Below, in pieces: positions 10,370 to 20,311 of a stretch of DNA of 64,000 nucleotides. The translations under genes and the position numbers were made by a program. Position 1 is the first letter of the stretch, and each line of letters begins with the position of its first letter. Source of the DNA: a virus; the IMG/VR virus record IMGVR_UViG_3300009161_000033, positions 28,037 through 92,036 of that record, one strand, 5' to 3'. The notes below the pieces were generated by a model, which saw only the letters and a program-made list of their open reading frames with translations, made no database searches and had not been told where the DNA came from.

Positions 10370-11230
10370 ATGGCGACAAACAATTCCTTAGATTCGGTAC
10401 TAGCACAGTACGAACAATCAAAACAAGGTGGTTATACTTCCACCTCAAAAATATCTCAAGAAGATAGAATGAAAAAGTATTTCGCGGCAATCCTTAAGGA
10501 TAACGAAAAACAAGGACAAAAAAGATTACGTATCTTACCAACACCTGATGGTTCTTCACCTTTCAAAGAAGTATGGTTCCACGAAGTTCAAGTAGATGGA
10601 AAATGGGTAAAGTTATTTGACCCAGGAAAAAATGACAATGAGCGTTCACCTTTGAGTGAAGTTCATGAAGAGTTAATGTCAACAGGTAAAGATTCCGATA
10701 AGGAACTTGCTAAGTCCTACAAACCACGTAAATTCTACATTGTTAAGGTTATTGACCGTGACAACGAGCAAGATGGTGTTAAATTCTGGCGTTTTAAACA
10801 CAATTACAAAAACGAAGGAATTCTTGACAAAATTATTCCTATTTGGAGAGCTAAAGGTGACATCACAGACGAAACAACAGGTCGTGACATTATCCTTGAA
10901 TTAACCAAAGCAAAAACCCCAAAAGGTGCGGTTTATACAGTTATCCAAACTGTTATGTACGAAGACGCGGGACCTGTTCACGAAGATGATGAGACTGCAA
11001 AATCTTGGATTACTGATGAACTTACTTGGTCTGACGTTTATTCTAAGAAACCTGTAGAATATCTTGAAGCGATTGCACGAGGAGAAACTCCACGTTGGGA
11101 TAGTGACAAAGGCGGATACTCATATGGAAACTCTGATGAATCAGAAATTTCTATGGGTGGTACATCTGAAAAACAACCAACTATTGACCCACAAGCGGGT
11201 GACCAACCTGACGAAGATTTACCATTCTAA
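10370..11230 (+). CDS. Single-stranded DNA-binding protein (T4 gp32-like)
   Basis: RLRILP..PFKEVWFH, FYIVKVIDRD..GVKFWRF, GRDIIL; acidic tail ending DEDLPF; heads the recA/exonuclease/helicase cluster. Confidence 0.8.
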   Translation: MATNNSLDSVLAQYEQSKQGGYTSTSKISQEDRMKKYFAAILKDNEKQGQKRLRILPTPDGSSPFKEVWFHEVQVDGKWVKLFDPGKNDNERSPLSEVHEELMSTGKDSDKELAKSYKPRKFYIVKVIDRDNEQDGVKFWRFKHNYKNEGILDKIIPIWRAKGDITDETTGRDIILELTKAKTPKGAVYTVIQTVMYEDAGPVHEDDETAKSWITDELTWSDVYSKKPVEYLEAIARGETPRWDSDKGGYSYGNSDESEISMGGTSEKQPTIDPQAGDQPDEDLPF

Positions 11231-11236
11231 GTTATT

Positions 11237-11295
11237 GAACTTGGACATATACTTAGACGCGATGTCTTAGTAAGTGTCCAAGTTCTTATTTTTTT
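11237..11295 (+). terminator. Long stem-loop (terminator/processing site) between ssb and recA
   Basis: GAACTTGGACA / TGTCCAAGTTC 11-bp outer stem plus inner TACTTAGAC/GTCTTAGTA stem, then a T-rich tail. Confidence 0.7.
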
Positions 11296-11324
11296 ACAAA
11301 ACATTTAACAAACACATAGACAAT

Positions 11325-12329
11325 ATGGCAATTAAGAAAAACGACTTTAAATCAATTAAAGATAAATTTTCTACGTCTGCGAAATACAAACCCCAAAGGT
11401 TTTTTGATTTGGGTAATGATTTCTTGGATGCGGTAGGTTTACCAGGACCAGCGATAGGACATTTGAACATGTTCTTAGGTCACTCAGATACAGGAAAGAC
11501 AACGGCATTGGTAAAGACTGCGGTTGATGCACAAAAGAAAGGTATACTTCCTGTGTTTATTATTACAGAACAAAAATGGTCATTTGAACATGCAAAATTA
11601 ATGGGATTTGACTGTGAAGAAGTTGTTGACGAAGAAACAGGAGAATTAGATTGGGATGGGTTTTACATCTTCAATAATAATTTTGATTATATTGAACAAA
11701 TTACTGATTACATTAATTCATTATTAGACGCACAAGAAAAAGGTGAATTAGATTATAGTTTATGTTTCATGTGGGATTCAGTTGGCTCCGTTCCTTGTAA
11801 GATGACTTACGAAGGTAAAGGTGGTAAACAACATAACGCATCAACATTGGCGGATAAGATTGGAATGGGTATTAACCAACGTATTTCAGGAAGTCGTAAG
11901 GCTGACTCAAAATTTGAGAATACATTAATCATTGTTAATCAACCTTGGGTTGAGTTACCTGACAATCCATTTGGACAACCAAAAATTAAAGCGAAAGGTG
12001 GTGAGGCAATTTGGTTAAACTCATCTTTAGTATTCTTGTTTGGTAATCAAAAAGGTGCGGGAACAACTAAAATTACAGCAACTAAAGATAAAAGAACTAT
12101 TAAGTTTGCATCAAGAACTAAAGTATCTGTAATGAAAAACCATATTAATGGTTTAGGTTATGAAGATGGAAAAATCATTGTAACACCTCATGGATTTATT
12201 GCAGGAAAAGAAGCGTCGGAAGAAAAGGCCTCTATTGAAAAATACAAGAAAGAGTACGCCGACTATTGGAAAGAAATCATTGGAACAGATGGTGATTTTG
12301 ATTTAAAAGAAGAGAGAGAACAGTCATAA
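11325..12329 (+). CDS. recA: RecA/UvsX-like recombinase
   Basis: Walker A GHSDTGKT, Walker B FMWDSVG, IIVNQ, KGGEAIW, VMKNH. Start moved to ATG 11325 because GTG 11274 lies inside the hairpin. Confidence 0.88.
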   Translation: MAIKKNDFKSIKDKFSTSAKYKPQRFFDLGNDFLDAVGLPGPAIGHLNMFLGHSDTGKTTALVKTAVDAQKKGILPVFIITEQKWSFEHAKLMGFDCEEVVDEETGELDWDGFYIFNNNFDYIEQITDYINSLLDAQEKGELDYSLCFMWDSVGSVPCKMTYEGKGGKQHNASTLADKIGMGINQRISGSRKADSKFENTLIIVNQPWVELPDNPFGQPKIKAKGGEAIWLNSSLVFLFGNQKGAGTTKITATKDKRTIKFASRTKVSVMKNHINGLGYEDGKIIVTPHGFIAGKEASEEKASIEKYKKEYADYWKEIIGTDGDFDLKEEREQS

Positions 12330-12345
12330 CTATAAACCAATACAA

Positions 12346-13350
12346 GTGATAAAAACATTATTAGTCGATGGGAATAACCTCCTTAAGATTGGATTTCATG
12401 GGGTAAAAGATTTTTATCATGATGGTAAACATATTGGTGGAATATGGCATTTTTTAAATACTATCAGAAGATTTATTGAAGAACAAAATTTTGATAAAGT
12501 AGTCGTATTTTGGGATGGAGAAGAAAATTCTTTAAGTAGAAAACTTCTCTATCCGAGATACAAAGAAAATCGTACAAAAGAAATTAATGAGTACAAGGAG
12601 AGTTCTTTCCAATCCCAAAAAGAACGAGTAAAACAATATTTAGAGGAGATGTTTATTAGACAGATAAACATTACTAATAATGAGGCGGATGATTTAATCG
12701 CCTACTATTGTCAGATTTCTCATAACGAACTTAAAACCATTTTTTCGTCAGATAAAGACCTTACACAACTTATTTCCGATAAAGTGAGTGTCTATTCACC
12801 TTCTGCTAAACTAACGTATAAGAACGGAGATAAAATCAAACTACAAGATTATTCTATCCCACATGAGAATGTAAAAACTTATAAAATATTGGCAGGTGAT
12901 AAATCTGATAATATTGATGGAATTTATTATTTAGGTGAGAAAACTTTAATCAAATTATTCCCTGAGCTACTTGACGAAACGGTTAAACTCACCGATATTT
13001 TAACAAAGGCAGAAAGATTATTGTCTGAAGATAAAGACAATACCGTCTTAAAAAATCTTCTGTCAGGAAAAACAAAAACAGGTATTTACGGAAACGAATT
13101 TTTTGAGATAAATGAAAAAATTGTAGACTTATCAAACCCATTAATTACCGATGAAGGTAAACAATTAGTTGAACTGTATTATACAGAATCATTAGACCCC
13201 GATGGGAGGGGACACCGAAACATTATTAAAATGATGATGGAAGATGGATTTTTCAAATTCCTACCTAAAGGGGACGACAATTGGGTGAAATTCCTAACCC
13301 CATTTTTAAAATTAACAAGAAAAGAAAAGAAAAAATTTAAACAAAAATAA
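12346..13350 (+). CDS. 5'-3' exonuclease / flap endonuclease (T4 RNase H, PolI N-domain-like)
   Basis: LLVDGNNL, VVFWDG, YKENR, EADDLIA, SSDKDLTQL, GDKSDNIDG, GEKT. Confidence 0.92.
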   Translation: MIKTLLVDGNNLLKIGFHGVKDFYHDGKHIGGIWHFLNTIRRFIEEQNFDKVVVFWDGEENSLSRKLLYPRYKENRTKEINEYKESSFQSQKERVKQYLEEMFIRQINITNNEADDLIAYYCQISHNELKTIFSSDKDLTQLISDKVSVYSPSAKLTYKNGDKIKLQDYSIPHENVKTYKILAGDKSDNIDGIYYLGEKTLIKLFPELLDETVKLTDILTKAERLLSEDKDNTVLKNLLSGKTKTGIYGNEFFEINEKIVDLSNPLITDEGKQLVELYYTESLDPDGRGHRNIIKMMMEDGFFKFLPKGDDNWVKFLTPFLKLTRKEKKKFKQK

Positions 13351-13351
13351 C

Positions 13352-13804
13352 ATGAGAGACCAAGACACAACCAAATTAGAATTCTTAATGATGGTTAACG
13401 ACAACATCATCGTTCAACGATTTTTCAACGTTAAAGAGTACAATCCTAACGCTAAAAGTTCTACTGAATTGTATGAATACCTTTATGACTTTAAAGGTCA
13501 ATTGGAGAGAGAATTGAAAATGAAATCTGTTACATATATGTTGGACAATACATATGAGATTTCACAGAATCCTGCTATGTTAGAGACATCAAATACCGAT
13601 GGTCCAGAACATTTTAACATTTTTATTAAGGTAGGAGACATGACAATTTGTCATAGAAGAATGGATGCAAAAGTCTTCCCACCTAAAATAAGATACACCG
13701 TAGACATACGTCCGCACATAAAAAGTATACTTTCGGATTTGACTGACATTTTTTCGTCTAAAAATTTAACATACGAGTACGCTGGAGTTCCGACAAAGGG
13801 GTAA
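13352..13804 (+). CDS. Hypothetical protein in replication operon
   Basis: Tightly coupled ORF between exonuclease and helicase. Confidence 0.7.
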   Translation: MRDQDTTKLEFLMMVNDNIIVQRFFNVKEYNPNAKSSTELYEYLYDFKGQLERELKMKSVTYMLDNTYEISQNPAMLETSNTDGPEHFNIFIKVGDMTICHRRMDAKVFPPKIRYTVDIRPHIKSILSDLTDIFSSKNLTYEYAGVPTKG

Positions 13805-13832
13805 TATTTATTTTATACAAAACTTAAAAAAT

Positions 13833-15212
13833 ATGGCGTCAAACAAAAACTTTGATTATCTCGGAAGTAATTTTCAAATACAATTATTAAATCAAGTCGT
13901 GGTGGATAAAGACTTTTCAAGGTCTATCATTGATGTGATTGAAACTAATTATTTTGAAAACAAATACTTCAAGATAATCATACAAATGATTAAAGAGTAC
14001 TACTCTAAATACGAACACACACCAACGTTTGACACTTTAGAACAAATCACAAAATCAGAATTACAACAAGAATTAGCGTCTAAAATTGTTTTAGATACTT
14101 TAACAAAAATCAAAGACGCACCGACTGAGGGACAAGAATTTGTTCAAGAGAAAGCGTTGAAATTTTGTAAACAACAAGAGTTACAAAAGGCGATTACTAA
14201 AGCTCAAAAAGTTATTGATGGTGGAGAGTTTGAAAACTACGACACGTTAGAGACTTTGGTAAGAGAAGCATTACAGATTGGTGAAAGAGAAGACGGAATG
14301 ACTGACATTTTTGCCAATTTGGATGAGGTGTTAAATGAGGATTACCGACACCCAATACCTATGGGAATTCCTGGTATTGATAGACTACTTAAGGGTGGTC
14401 TCGCTAAAGGGGAGATAGGTGTGATATTAGCACCAACAGGAGTCGGTAAGTCAACCTTACTAACTAAGATTGCTAACCATTCATTTAACTTGGGGTACAA
14501 TGTCCTACAAATCTTCTTTGAAGATAACCCTAAAATTATTCAAAGAAAACACATTACTTTATGGACCAAAGTTCATCCTGATGAGTTAACCTTAAAGAAA
14601 GATGAGGTAATGGCTAAAGTTAATCAAATTAAAAATTCTATGGAGAATAAGTTGATTATGAAAAAACTTCCATCTGATACTGTAACCATGTTACAAATCA
14701 AAAACCAAATCAGAAAACTAATTGCTGACGGTACTAAGATTGATATGGTATTACTTGATTATATTGATTGTGTAGTACCTGATAAAAACTTAGGAGATGA
14801 ATGGAAGTCTGAAGGGTCTGTAATGAGAGGGTTTGAATCAATGTGCCACGAATTAAATCTGGCAGGTTGGACTGCAACTCAAGGTAATAGGAGTTCAATC
14901 TCTTCTGAGGTTGTAACAACAGACCAAATGGGTGGGTCAATTAAGAAAGCTCAAGTTGGTCACGTAATCATTTCCGTGGCAAAAACATTACAACAAAAAG
15001 AAATGAAATTAGCAACTATTGCGATTACCAAATCACGAATCGGTGATGATGGTGTTGTCTTTGAAAACTGTAAATTTGATAACGGTATGTTAGAAATTGA
15101 TACGGAATCATCTGTAACATTCTTAGGTCTTGAAGAACAAAACGAAGAGAAAAACAGACAAAGGATTAAAGATTTATTAGACAAACGAAAACAAAGAGAA
15201 GAAAAAAATTAA
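13833..15212 (+). CDS. dnaB: Replicative DNA helicase (DnaB/T4 gp41-like)
   Basis: [10 protein letters not shown], Walker [28 protein letters not shown]. Confidence 0.9.
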   Translation: MASNKNFDYLGSNFQIQLLNQVVVDKDFSRSIIDVIETNYFENKYFKIIIQMIKEYYSKYEHTPTFDTLEQITKSELQQELASKIVLDTLTKIKDAPTEGQEFVQEKALKFCKQQELQKAITKAQKVIDGGEFENYDTLETLVREALQIGEREDGMTDIFANLDEVLNEDYRHPIPMGIPGIDRLLKGGLAKGEIGVILAPTGVGKSTLLTKIANHSFNLGYNVLQIFFEDNPKIIQRKHITLWTKVHPDELTLKKDEVMAKVNQIKNSMENKLIMKKLPSDTVTMLQIKNQIRKLIADGTKIDMVLLDYIDCVVPDKNLGDEWKSEGSVMRGFESMCHELNLAGWTATQGNRSSISSEVVTTDQMGGSIKKAQVGHVIISVAKTLQQKEMKLATIAITKSRIGDDGVVFENCKFDNGMLEIDTESSVTFLGLEEQNEEKNRQRIKDLLDKRKQREEKN

Positions 15213-15216
15213 AAAA

Positions 15217-16167
15217 ATGAACGAAAAAATATTAAAAGAAAATCCCGATAGATTTGTGATTTTTCCAATCCAACATAATGATATATGGGAATATTATAAA
15301 ATGCACCAAGCCGCATTTTGGACCGCAGAGGAAATTGATTTAACAGGGGATATTAGAGATTGGGAAAACCTTTCGGATAATGAGAAGTATTTCGTTAAGA
15401 ACGTATTGTCGTTCTTTGCGGCATCTGATGGAATTGTAAATGAAAACTTAGCTGAGAATTTTTACCGAGAGGTTCAGTACCCTGAGGCTAAATTCTTTTA
15501 CGGTATACAGTTGGCAATGGAGAATATCCACTCACTAATGTATTCTTTATTGATAGACACCTATGTCTCAAATGAACAAGAAAAAGATGAATGTTTTCAT
15601 GCAATTGATAGATTACCTGCAGTTCAAAAGAAAGCAAAATGGGCACTTGAGTGGATTGAAAACGGTTCATTCCAAGAAAGATTAGTAGCCTTTGCTGCCG
15701 TTGAAGGTATATTCTTCTCAGGTTCGTTTTGTTCTATTTTTTGGTTAAAATCAAGAGGTATTATGCAAGGACTATGTAATGCAAACTCACTGATATTTAA
15801 AGATGAAAATCTACATTGTGATTTTGCAATTCACTTATTAAATAATCACTGTGAAAACAAACCATCCGAGAAAAGAATTAAAGAAATTTTATTTTCTGCA
15901 TTGGAGATTGAAAAGGAGTTTATCACAGAGTCACTACCAGTATCTTTGATTGGTATGAACTCAAATTTAATGAAACAATATCTTGAATTTGTGGTGGACG
16001 GGTTACTTATTAAATTTGGTTATAAGAAACACTTTAACGTGGAACAACCATTCAAATTTATGGAACAAATTGCCGTGGAAACTAAAGGTAATTTCTTTGA
16101 GTCTAGAACGGTTGAGTATCAAAAAGCAAAGCTTAATGAGACAATTTCCTTTACAGACGATTTTTAA
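15217..16167 (+). CDS. nrdB: Ribonucleotide reductase class Ia beta subunit
   Basis: [29 protein letters not shown] (radical Tyr), [19 protein letters not shown]. Confidence 0.96.
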   Translation: MNEKILKENPDRFVIFPIQHNDIWEYYKMHQAAFWTAEEIDLTGDIRDWENLSDNEKYFVKNVLSFFAASDGIVNENLAENFYREVQYPEAKFFYGIQLAMENIHSLMYSLLIDTYVSNEQEKDECFHAIDRLPAVQKKAKWALEWIENGSFQERLVAFAAVEGIFFSGSFCSIFWLKSRGIMQGLCNANSLIFKDENLHCDFAIHLLNNHCENKPSEKRIKEILFSALEIEKEFITESLPVSLIGMNSNLMKQYLEFVVDGLLIKFGYKKHFNVEQPFKFMEQIAVETKGNFFESRTVEYQKAKLNETISFTDDF

Positions 16168-16186
16168 TCAACTATTTTATTAAACT

Positions 16187-18619
16187 ATGATGTCACTAAG
16201 AATTAAAAAAAGAGGTGGGGACGACGCGTCCTTTAACCCACAAAAAATTTATAATAGAATTAAACGAGCTTCAAAAGGGTTGAGTGTTAATTCAGATGAA
16301 ATCTTTATCAAGGTAATTACTTCAGTACCAACTGAGGGTTTAATTACCACTAAAGAATTAGATAAACTTATCTATGAAATTGCCGCGGCTTTTACAGGTA
16401 GTCATCACGATTACTCAAGATTGGCTTCGTCAGTTGCTATTTCATCTTACCATAAAGAAACTGAACCAAGTTTCTCAAATACTATGCACATGTTACATGA
16501 TGATGGTATTGTTAATGATGAATTCATGAGTATGATTGAATCATATGGACCTGATAAAATTGATGAAGTTATTAATCATGATAATGATTATAATTTTGAC
16601 TACTTTGCTTGGAGGTCCCTTCAAGAAATGTACCTATTAAAACTATCAGGTGGTAAAGTGGTTGAACGACCACAACATATGTATATGAGAGTTGCTATTT
16701 GGGTAACAAAATCATTTGAACAGGCGGTTGAGTATTACAAGTCATTGTCTAATCAATTAATTTCACCTGCAACACCAATCATGATTAACGCGGGAACTAA
16801 AGTTCCTCAATTAGCGTCATGTGTGTTACATTACAATAATTCAGATTCTCGTAACGGGTTATTAAACACTTTAAATGACATCTCAACATACTCATCTGAT
16901 GCTGCAGGTATTGGGTTATCTATGTCTAACATCCGAAGTAAAGAAAGTAGAATTTCTTCTTCAGGAGGATTTGCAGGAGGATTGTTAAAGTACTTGAAAA
17001 TTGTTAATGAATCACTTAGATTCTTCAATCAGCAAGGACGTAGACCTGGTTCTGCAGCAATCTATCTTGAACCTTGGCATAAAGATATTTTTGATTTATT
17101 AGATATTAAAAAGAATACGGGAGCTGAGGAATTAAGAGCGAGAGATTTATTTACGGCACTTTGGATTCCTGACAACTTCATGAGAGCGGTTAAGAATAAC
17201 GGTGATTGGTATCTGTTCTGTCCTAATGATATTTTAAAAAGTGGTATTAAACCATTACAAGAGTGTTACGGTGATGAGTACGAAGAGAATTACAAAAAGG
17301 CGGTTTCTATGGGTCTTGGTAAGAAAGTTAAAGCTCAAGAAGTTTGGAATAAAATTATTGAATCCCAAGTTGAAACAGGGGTTCCTTATCTTTGTTCTAA
17401 AGACAGTGCTAACAGAAAGACTAATCATCAGAATATTGGTGTTATTAAACAATCAAACTTGTGTAATGAAATTTATCAATTTACTGATGAGAACACAACC
17501 GCAATTTGTACATTATCATCCATGGTGTTGAAGAACTTCATTATTGATGGAAAATTTGACTTCCAACTATTATATAGTGAGGTTAGAAAAGTTGTTAAAG
17601 CATTAAATAAAGTAGTTGATATCAATAGTTACTCAACTGAGAAAGGACGTAAAGGAGGTCTTGACCAAAGAGCTATCGCAATTGGAACTCAAGGATTGGC
17701 TGACGTTTTTTATTTAATGGATTATATTTTCACTTCTGAGGAGGCTCGTAAACTAAACAAAAATATTTTTGAAACGATTTACTTTGCAGCAATTACAGAA
17801 AGTATGGAGTTGTGTAAATCAGGTCAATATAAACCTTACTCTCACTTTGAAGGGTCGCCGATGTCAAAAGGAAATTTCCAATTTGATATGTGGGGATTAG
17901 ACTATGAAGGATTAGGAGGAATGTGGGATTGGGATTCACTTAAATTAGAAGTGTCTAACCATGGTGTTTGTAACTCATTATTTACGGCTCAAATGCCTGT
18001 AGCATCTTCAGCAAAGATTACAGGTTCTTTTGAAATGACTGAACCCGCTCACTCGGCATTGTTTAACAGACGAGTTGTTGGTGGAGAAATTATGATTGTT
18101 AACAAATACTTAATTAGTGATTTTGAAAAGATTGGACTTTGGAGTGAAGATTTAAAAAATGAAATCATTATTAATGAAGGGTCAATTCAGAATGTTAACT
18201 TTAACAATCATATTGATTTGGAAGATAAGAGATATAACTTCAAAGTTAAAAGAGTGGAACATTTAATTCAAAAATACAAAACCATTTGGGAAATTTCTCA
18301 AAGAGAGTTAATTGATATGGCGGCAGAACGAGCACCATTCATTGACCAATCACAATCAATGAATATCTACATGGCTAACCCAACATTGTCTAAAATTACC
18401 TCATCACATTTCCACTCATGGGAAAAAGGTTTAAAAACTTTGTGTTACTATGTAAGAACTAAAGCGATATCCACAGGGGCAAAACACTTGGCGGTTGATA
18501 TCTCTAAAATGGAGAAATCAAAACCAATAGTTGAAAAACCTAATGTTGATTTTAGTAATATGAATTTACCTGAAAAACCAATAGATAGTCAATTTGATTG
18601 TTTTGGTTGTTCATCTTAA
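16187..18619 (+). CDS. nrdA: Ribonucleotide reductase class Ia alpha subunit with ATP cone
   Basis: IKKRGG ATP cone, ERPQH, SPATP, QLASC, SNLCNEI, CTLSS, MPVASS, DQSQS, KTLCYY, C-terminal CFGCSS. Confidence 0.97.
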   Translation: MMSLRIKKRGGDDASFNPQKIYNRIKRASKGLSVNSDEIFIKVITSVPTEGLITTKELDKLIYEIAAAFTGSHHDYSRLASSVAISSYHKETEPSFSNTMHMLHDDGIVNDEFMSMIESYGPDKIDEVINHDNDYNFDYFAWRSLQEMYLLKLSGGKVVERPQHMYMRVAIWVTKSFEQAVEYYKSLSNQLISPATPIMINAGTKVPQLASCVLHYNNSDSRNGLLNTLNDISTYSSDAAGIGLSMSNIRSKESRISSSGGFAGGLLKYLKIVNESLRFFNQQGRRPGSAAIYLEPWHKDIFDLLDIKKNTGAEELRARDLFTALWIPDNFMRAVKNNGDWYLFCPNDILKSGIKPLQECYGDEYEENYKKAVSMGLGKKVKAQEVWNKIIESQVETGVPYLCSKDSANRKTNHQNIGVIKQSNLCNEIYQFTDENTTAICTLSSMVLKNFIIDGKFDFQLLYSEVRKVVKALNKVVDINSYSTEKGRKGGLDQRAIAIGTQGLADVFYLMDYIFTSEEARKLNKNIFETIYFAAITESMELCKSGQYKPYSHFEGSPMSKGNFQFDMWGLDYEGLGGMWDWDSLKLEVSNHGVCNSLFTAQMPVASSAKITGSFEMTEPAHSALFNRRVVGGEIMIVNKYLISDFEKIGLWSEDLKNEIIINEGSIQNVNFNNHIDLEDKRYNFKVKRVEHLIQKYKTIWEISQRELIDMAAERAPFIDQSQSMNIYMANPTLSKITSSHFHSWEKGLKTLCYYVRTKAISTGAKHLAVDISKMEKSKPIVEKPNVDFSNMNLPEKPIDSQFDCFGCSS

Positions 18620-18629
18620 TTACGACATT

Positions 18630-18660
18630 AATCCCGACACTTAGTCGGGATTTTGTTTTT
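18630..18660 (+). terminator. Rho-independent terminator after nrdA
   Basis: AATCCCGAC-ACTTA-GTCGGGATT followed by T-rich tail. Confidence 0.85.
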
Positions 18661-18686
18661 AAGTTATATTTATTAATTAAAACACG

Positions 18687-19742
18687 ATGAACATTAAAAA
18701 CATTTTAATTACCGAAATAGAAAAGAAAATTATTAGAGAAATGTATGGGATGATTACTGAGGAAGATTCAAAACCAATCAGAATTAGACATAAAGATACA
18801 TCAAGATACGATGTTAATTCAACAGACCCTAAAAATTTTATAGATAAATTTGTAAATGATTTGGTTACCAAAATAGATGCGACTCCTGGAGGTAAACAAA
18901 TGAGAGATAGTGGTAAGATGACTATAGTAAGTTTACTAACTCAAACAGGTGCTAGTAATCATTGGGGAGGTAAACCGACAGGTTATGATTTTGAAAATAA
19001 TTTAACAACACCCGCATCGTCTAAAATTGAAACGGAACTTTACGATAAAAATAAAGATTTGTCTAAAAGAAGAGGTGATGATTTTAATAAATTGTTACAA
19101 ACTAAATTAGATAAATTTGGTATTAAATTTTCACCTCAAACAAAAATGGCAACTTCTGCAGATGTTATTAATACAGGAGGTAAAAATGACGAACAAAAAG
19201 ACTCATCCAAATACCCGAATAACGGTCAATATGTTGGACTTACTTTATCATTACAATACGCGGATAAAATAACTACACAAACAACCTCACCAACTAAAGT
19301 GAACATTGCCTCATTTCAAAGTTGGAAAGATATTAAATCAGACCACATATTAACAGGGTCTTATTTTTGTGATGGTACTAATAGTGAAAAACGTGGAGCT
19401 TCTAGTGATACTTATGAAAGTGTTTGTTCTAAATTACCTGAAAATTTAAGAAATCATGACCACATATCCGCATTTGAAATAAAATGGGGACCTAATGTTA
19501 TTGGAGCGACTTATACTGTACCCGTCGCAAGATGGATGTTTATATGGGGACCTGACAATAAAATAACCTCAATCTACAGAAAACAATACAATAAGAAATA
19601 TCCTGTGGACCAAAGTTTACCTGAACAACAAGTAACTCTTGATGACCCGACTTTAAAATTCTTTATGGGAATATCAGAAGGTCAAACCGCAACTGGCGGG
19701 GAAAGATACAAAAAATATGTGTTACCTTTCATTAAAAAATAA
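18687..19742 (+). CDS. Hypothetical late protein with possible OmpA-like domain
   Basis: TATTTAT at 18667; N-term ILITEIEKKIIREMY..ITEE leader; GAS..., NKDLSKRRG (NxxLSxxR-like), QYV. Confidence 0.5.
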   Translation: MNIKNILITEIEKKIIREMYGMITEEDSKPIRIRHKDTSRYDVNSTDPKNFIDKFVNDLVTKIDATPGGKQMRDSGKMTIVSLLTQTGASNHWGGKPTGYDFENNLTTPASSKIETELYDKNKDLSKRRGDDFNKLLQTKLDKFGIKFSPQTKMATSADVINTGGKNDEQKDSSKYPNNGQYVGLTLSLQYADKITTQTTSPTKVNIASFQSWKDIKSDHILTGSYFCDGTNSEKRGASSDTYESVCSKLPENLRNHDHISAFEIKWGPNVIGATYTVPVARWMFIWGPDNKITSIYRKQYNKKYPVDQSLPEQQVTLDDPTLKFFMGISEGQTATGGERYKKYVLPFIKK

Positions 19743-19849
19743 TAAAACTATTTAATTTACCTTTAATAATAGGGAATTGACACACAGTAGTTGGTATTTT
19801 GTTTTTATAACTATTTATTGAAAATACCACGACACTATATTTATATTAT

Positions 19850-20305
19850 ATGGCAGAAGGAAAAACATATGGAGTTAATTTCCCTTTTAGAGATTCTTTA
19901 AAAGGTAACTATCTTTCTTTATCACAAACCGCTGATGAGGAGGTAAGAAGTAGTTTAATTCATTTATTATTAACAAGAAAAGGTACAAGATATTATTTAC
20001 CTGATTTTGGAACAAGATTATATGAATATATTTTTGAACCTATGGACGCTCCTACATTTTCTGATATTGAGTCTGAAGTTAGAGATTCGGTGGCGGAATA
20101 CATTCCTGGTATTACTATTACTAAAATTAGTGTCACCGCGGCATCGGATGGTGAAGAGGACAAAGGAACTTACGTTCAAGGGGACACAAGAGTTTACCGA
20201 GTACCTGGTATTAGTGAAAAGGAACACACTGCCAAAATTAAAATAGATTATATCATTACGGATTCCGCTTTTAATCAGAGTGATTTCGTAATCATTAATA
20301 TTTAA
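19850..20305 (+). CDS. Baseplate wedge/sheath initiator gp25-like
   Basis: SSLIHLLLTRKGTRYYLPDFGTRLYEYIFEP is the GPW/gp25 signature. Confidence 0.9.
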   Translation: MAEGKTYGVNFPFRDSLKGNYLSLSQTADEEVRSSLIHLLLTRKGTRYYLPDFGTRLYEYIFEPMDAPTFSDIESEVRDSVAEYIPGITITKISVTAASDGEEDKGTYVQGDTRVYRVPGISEKEHTAKIKIDYIITDSAFNQSDFVIINI

Positions 20306-20311
20306 TGATAT

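Noticed and set aside
15217-18619. Eukaryotic giant virus origin suggested by eukaryote-like RNR and plant-like GT
   Set aside because: Sigma70, contractile baseplate, amidase, operonic coupling and Rho-independent terminators indicate a bacteriophage; this RNR type also occurs in Bacteroidota.
11325-18619. Inteins or introns in recA, helicase, nrdA/nrdB
   Set aside because: Lengths are normal, motifs are contiguous, and no splice or homing-endonuclease motifs were seen.
19777-19805. TTGACA as a sigma70 promoter
   Set aside because: No acceptable -10 hexamer at 17-nt spacing (TGTTTT).
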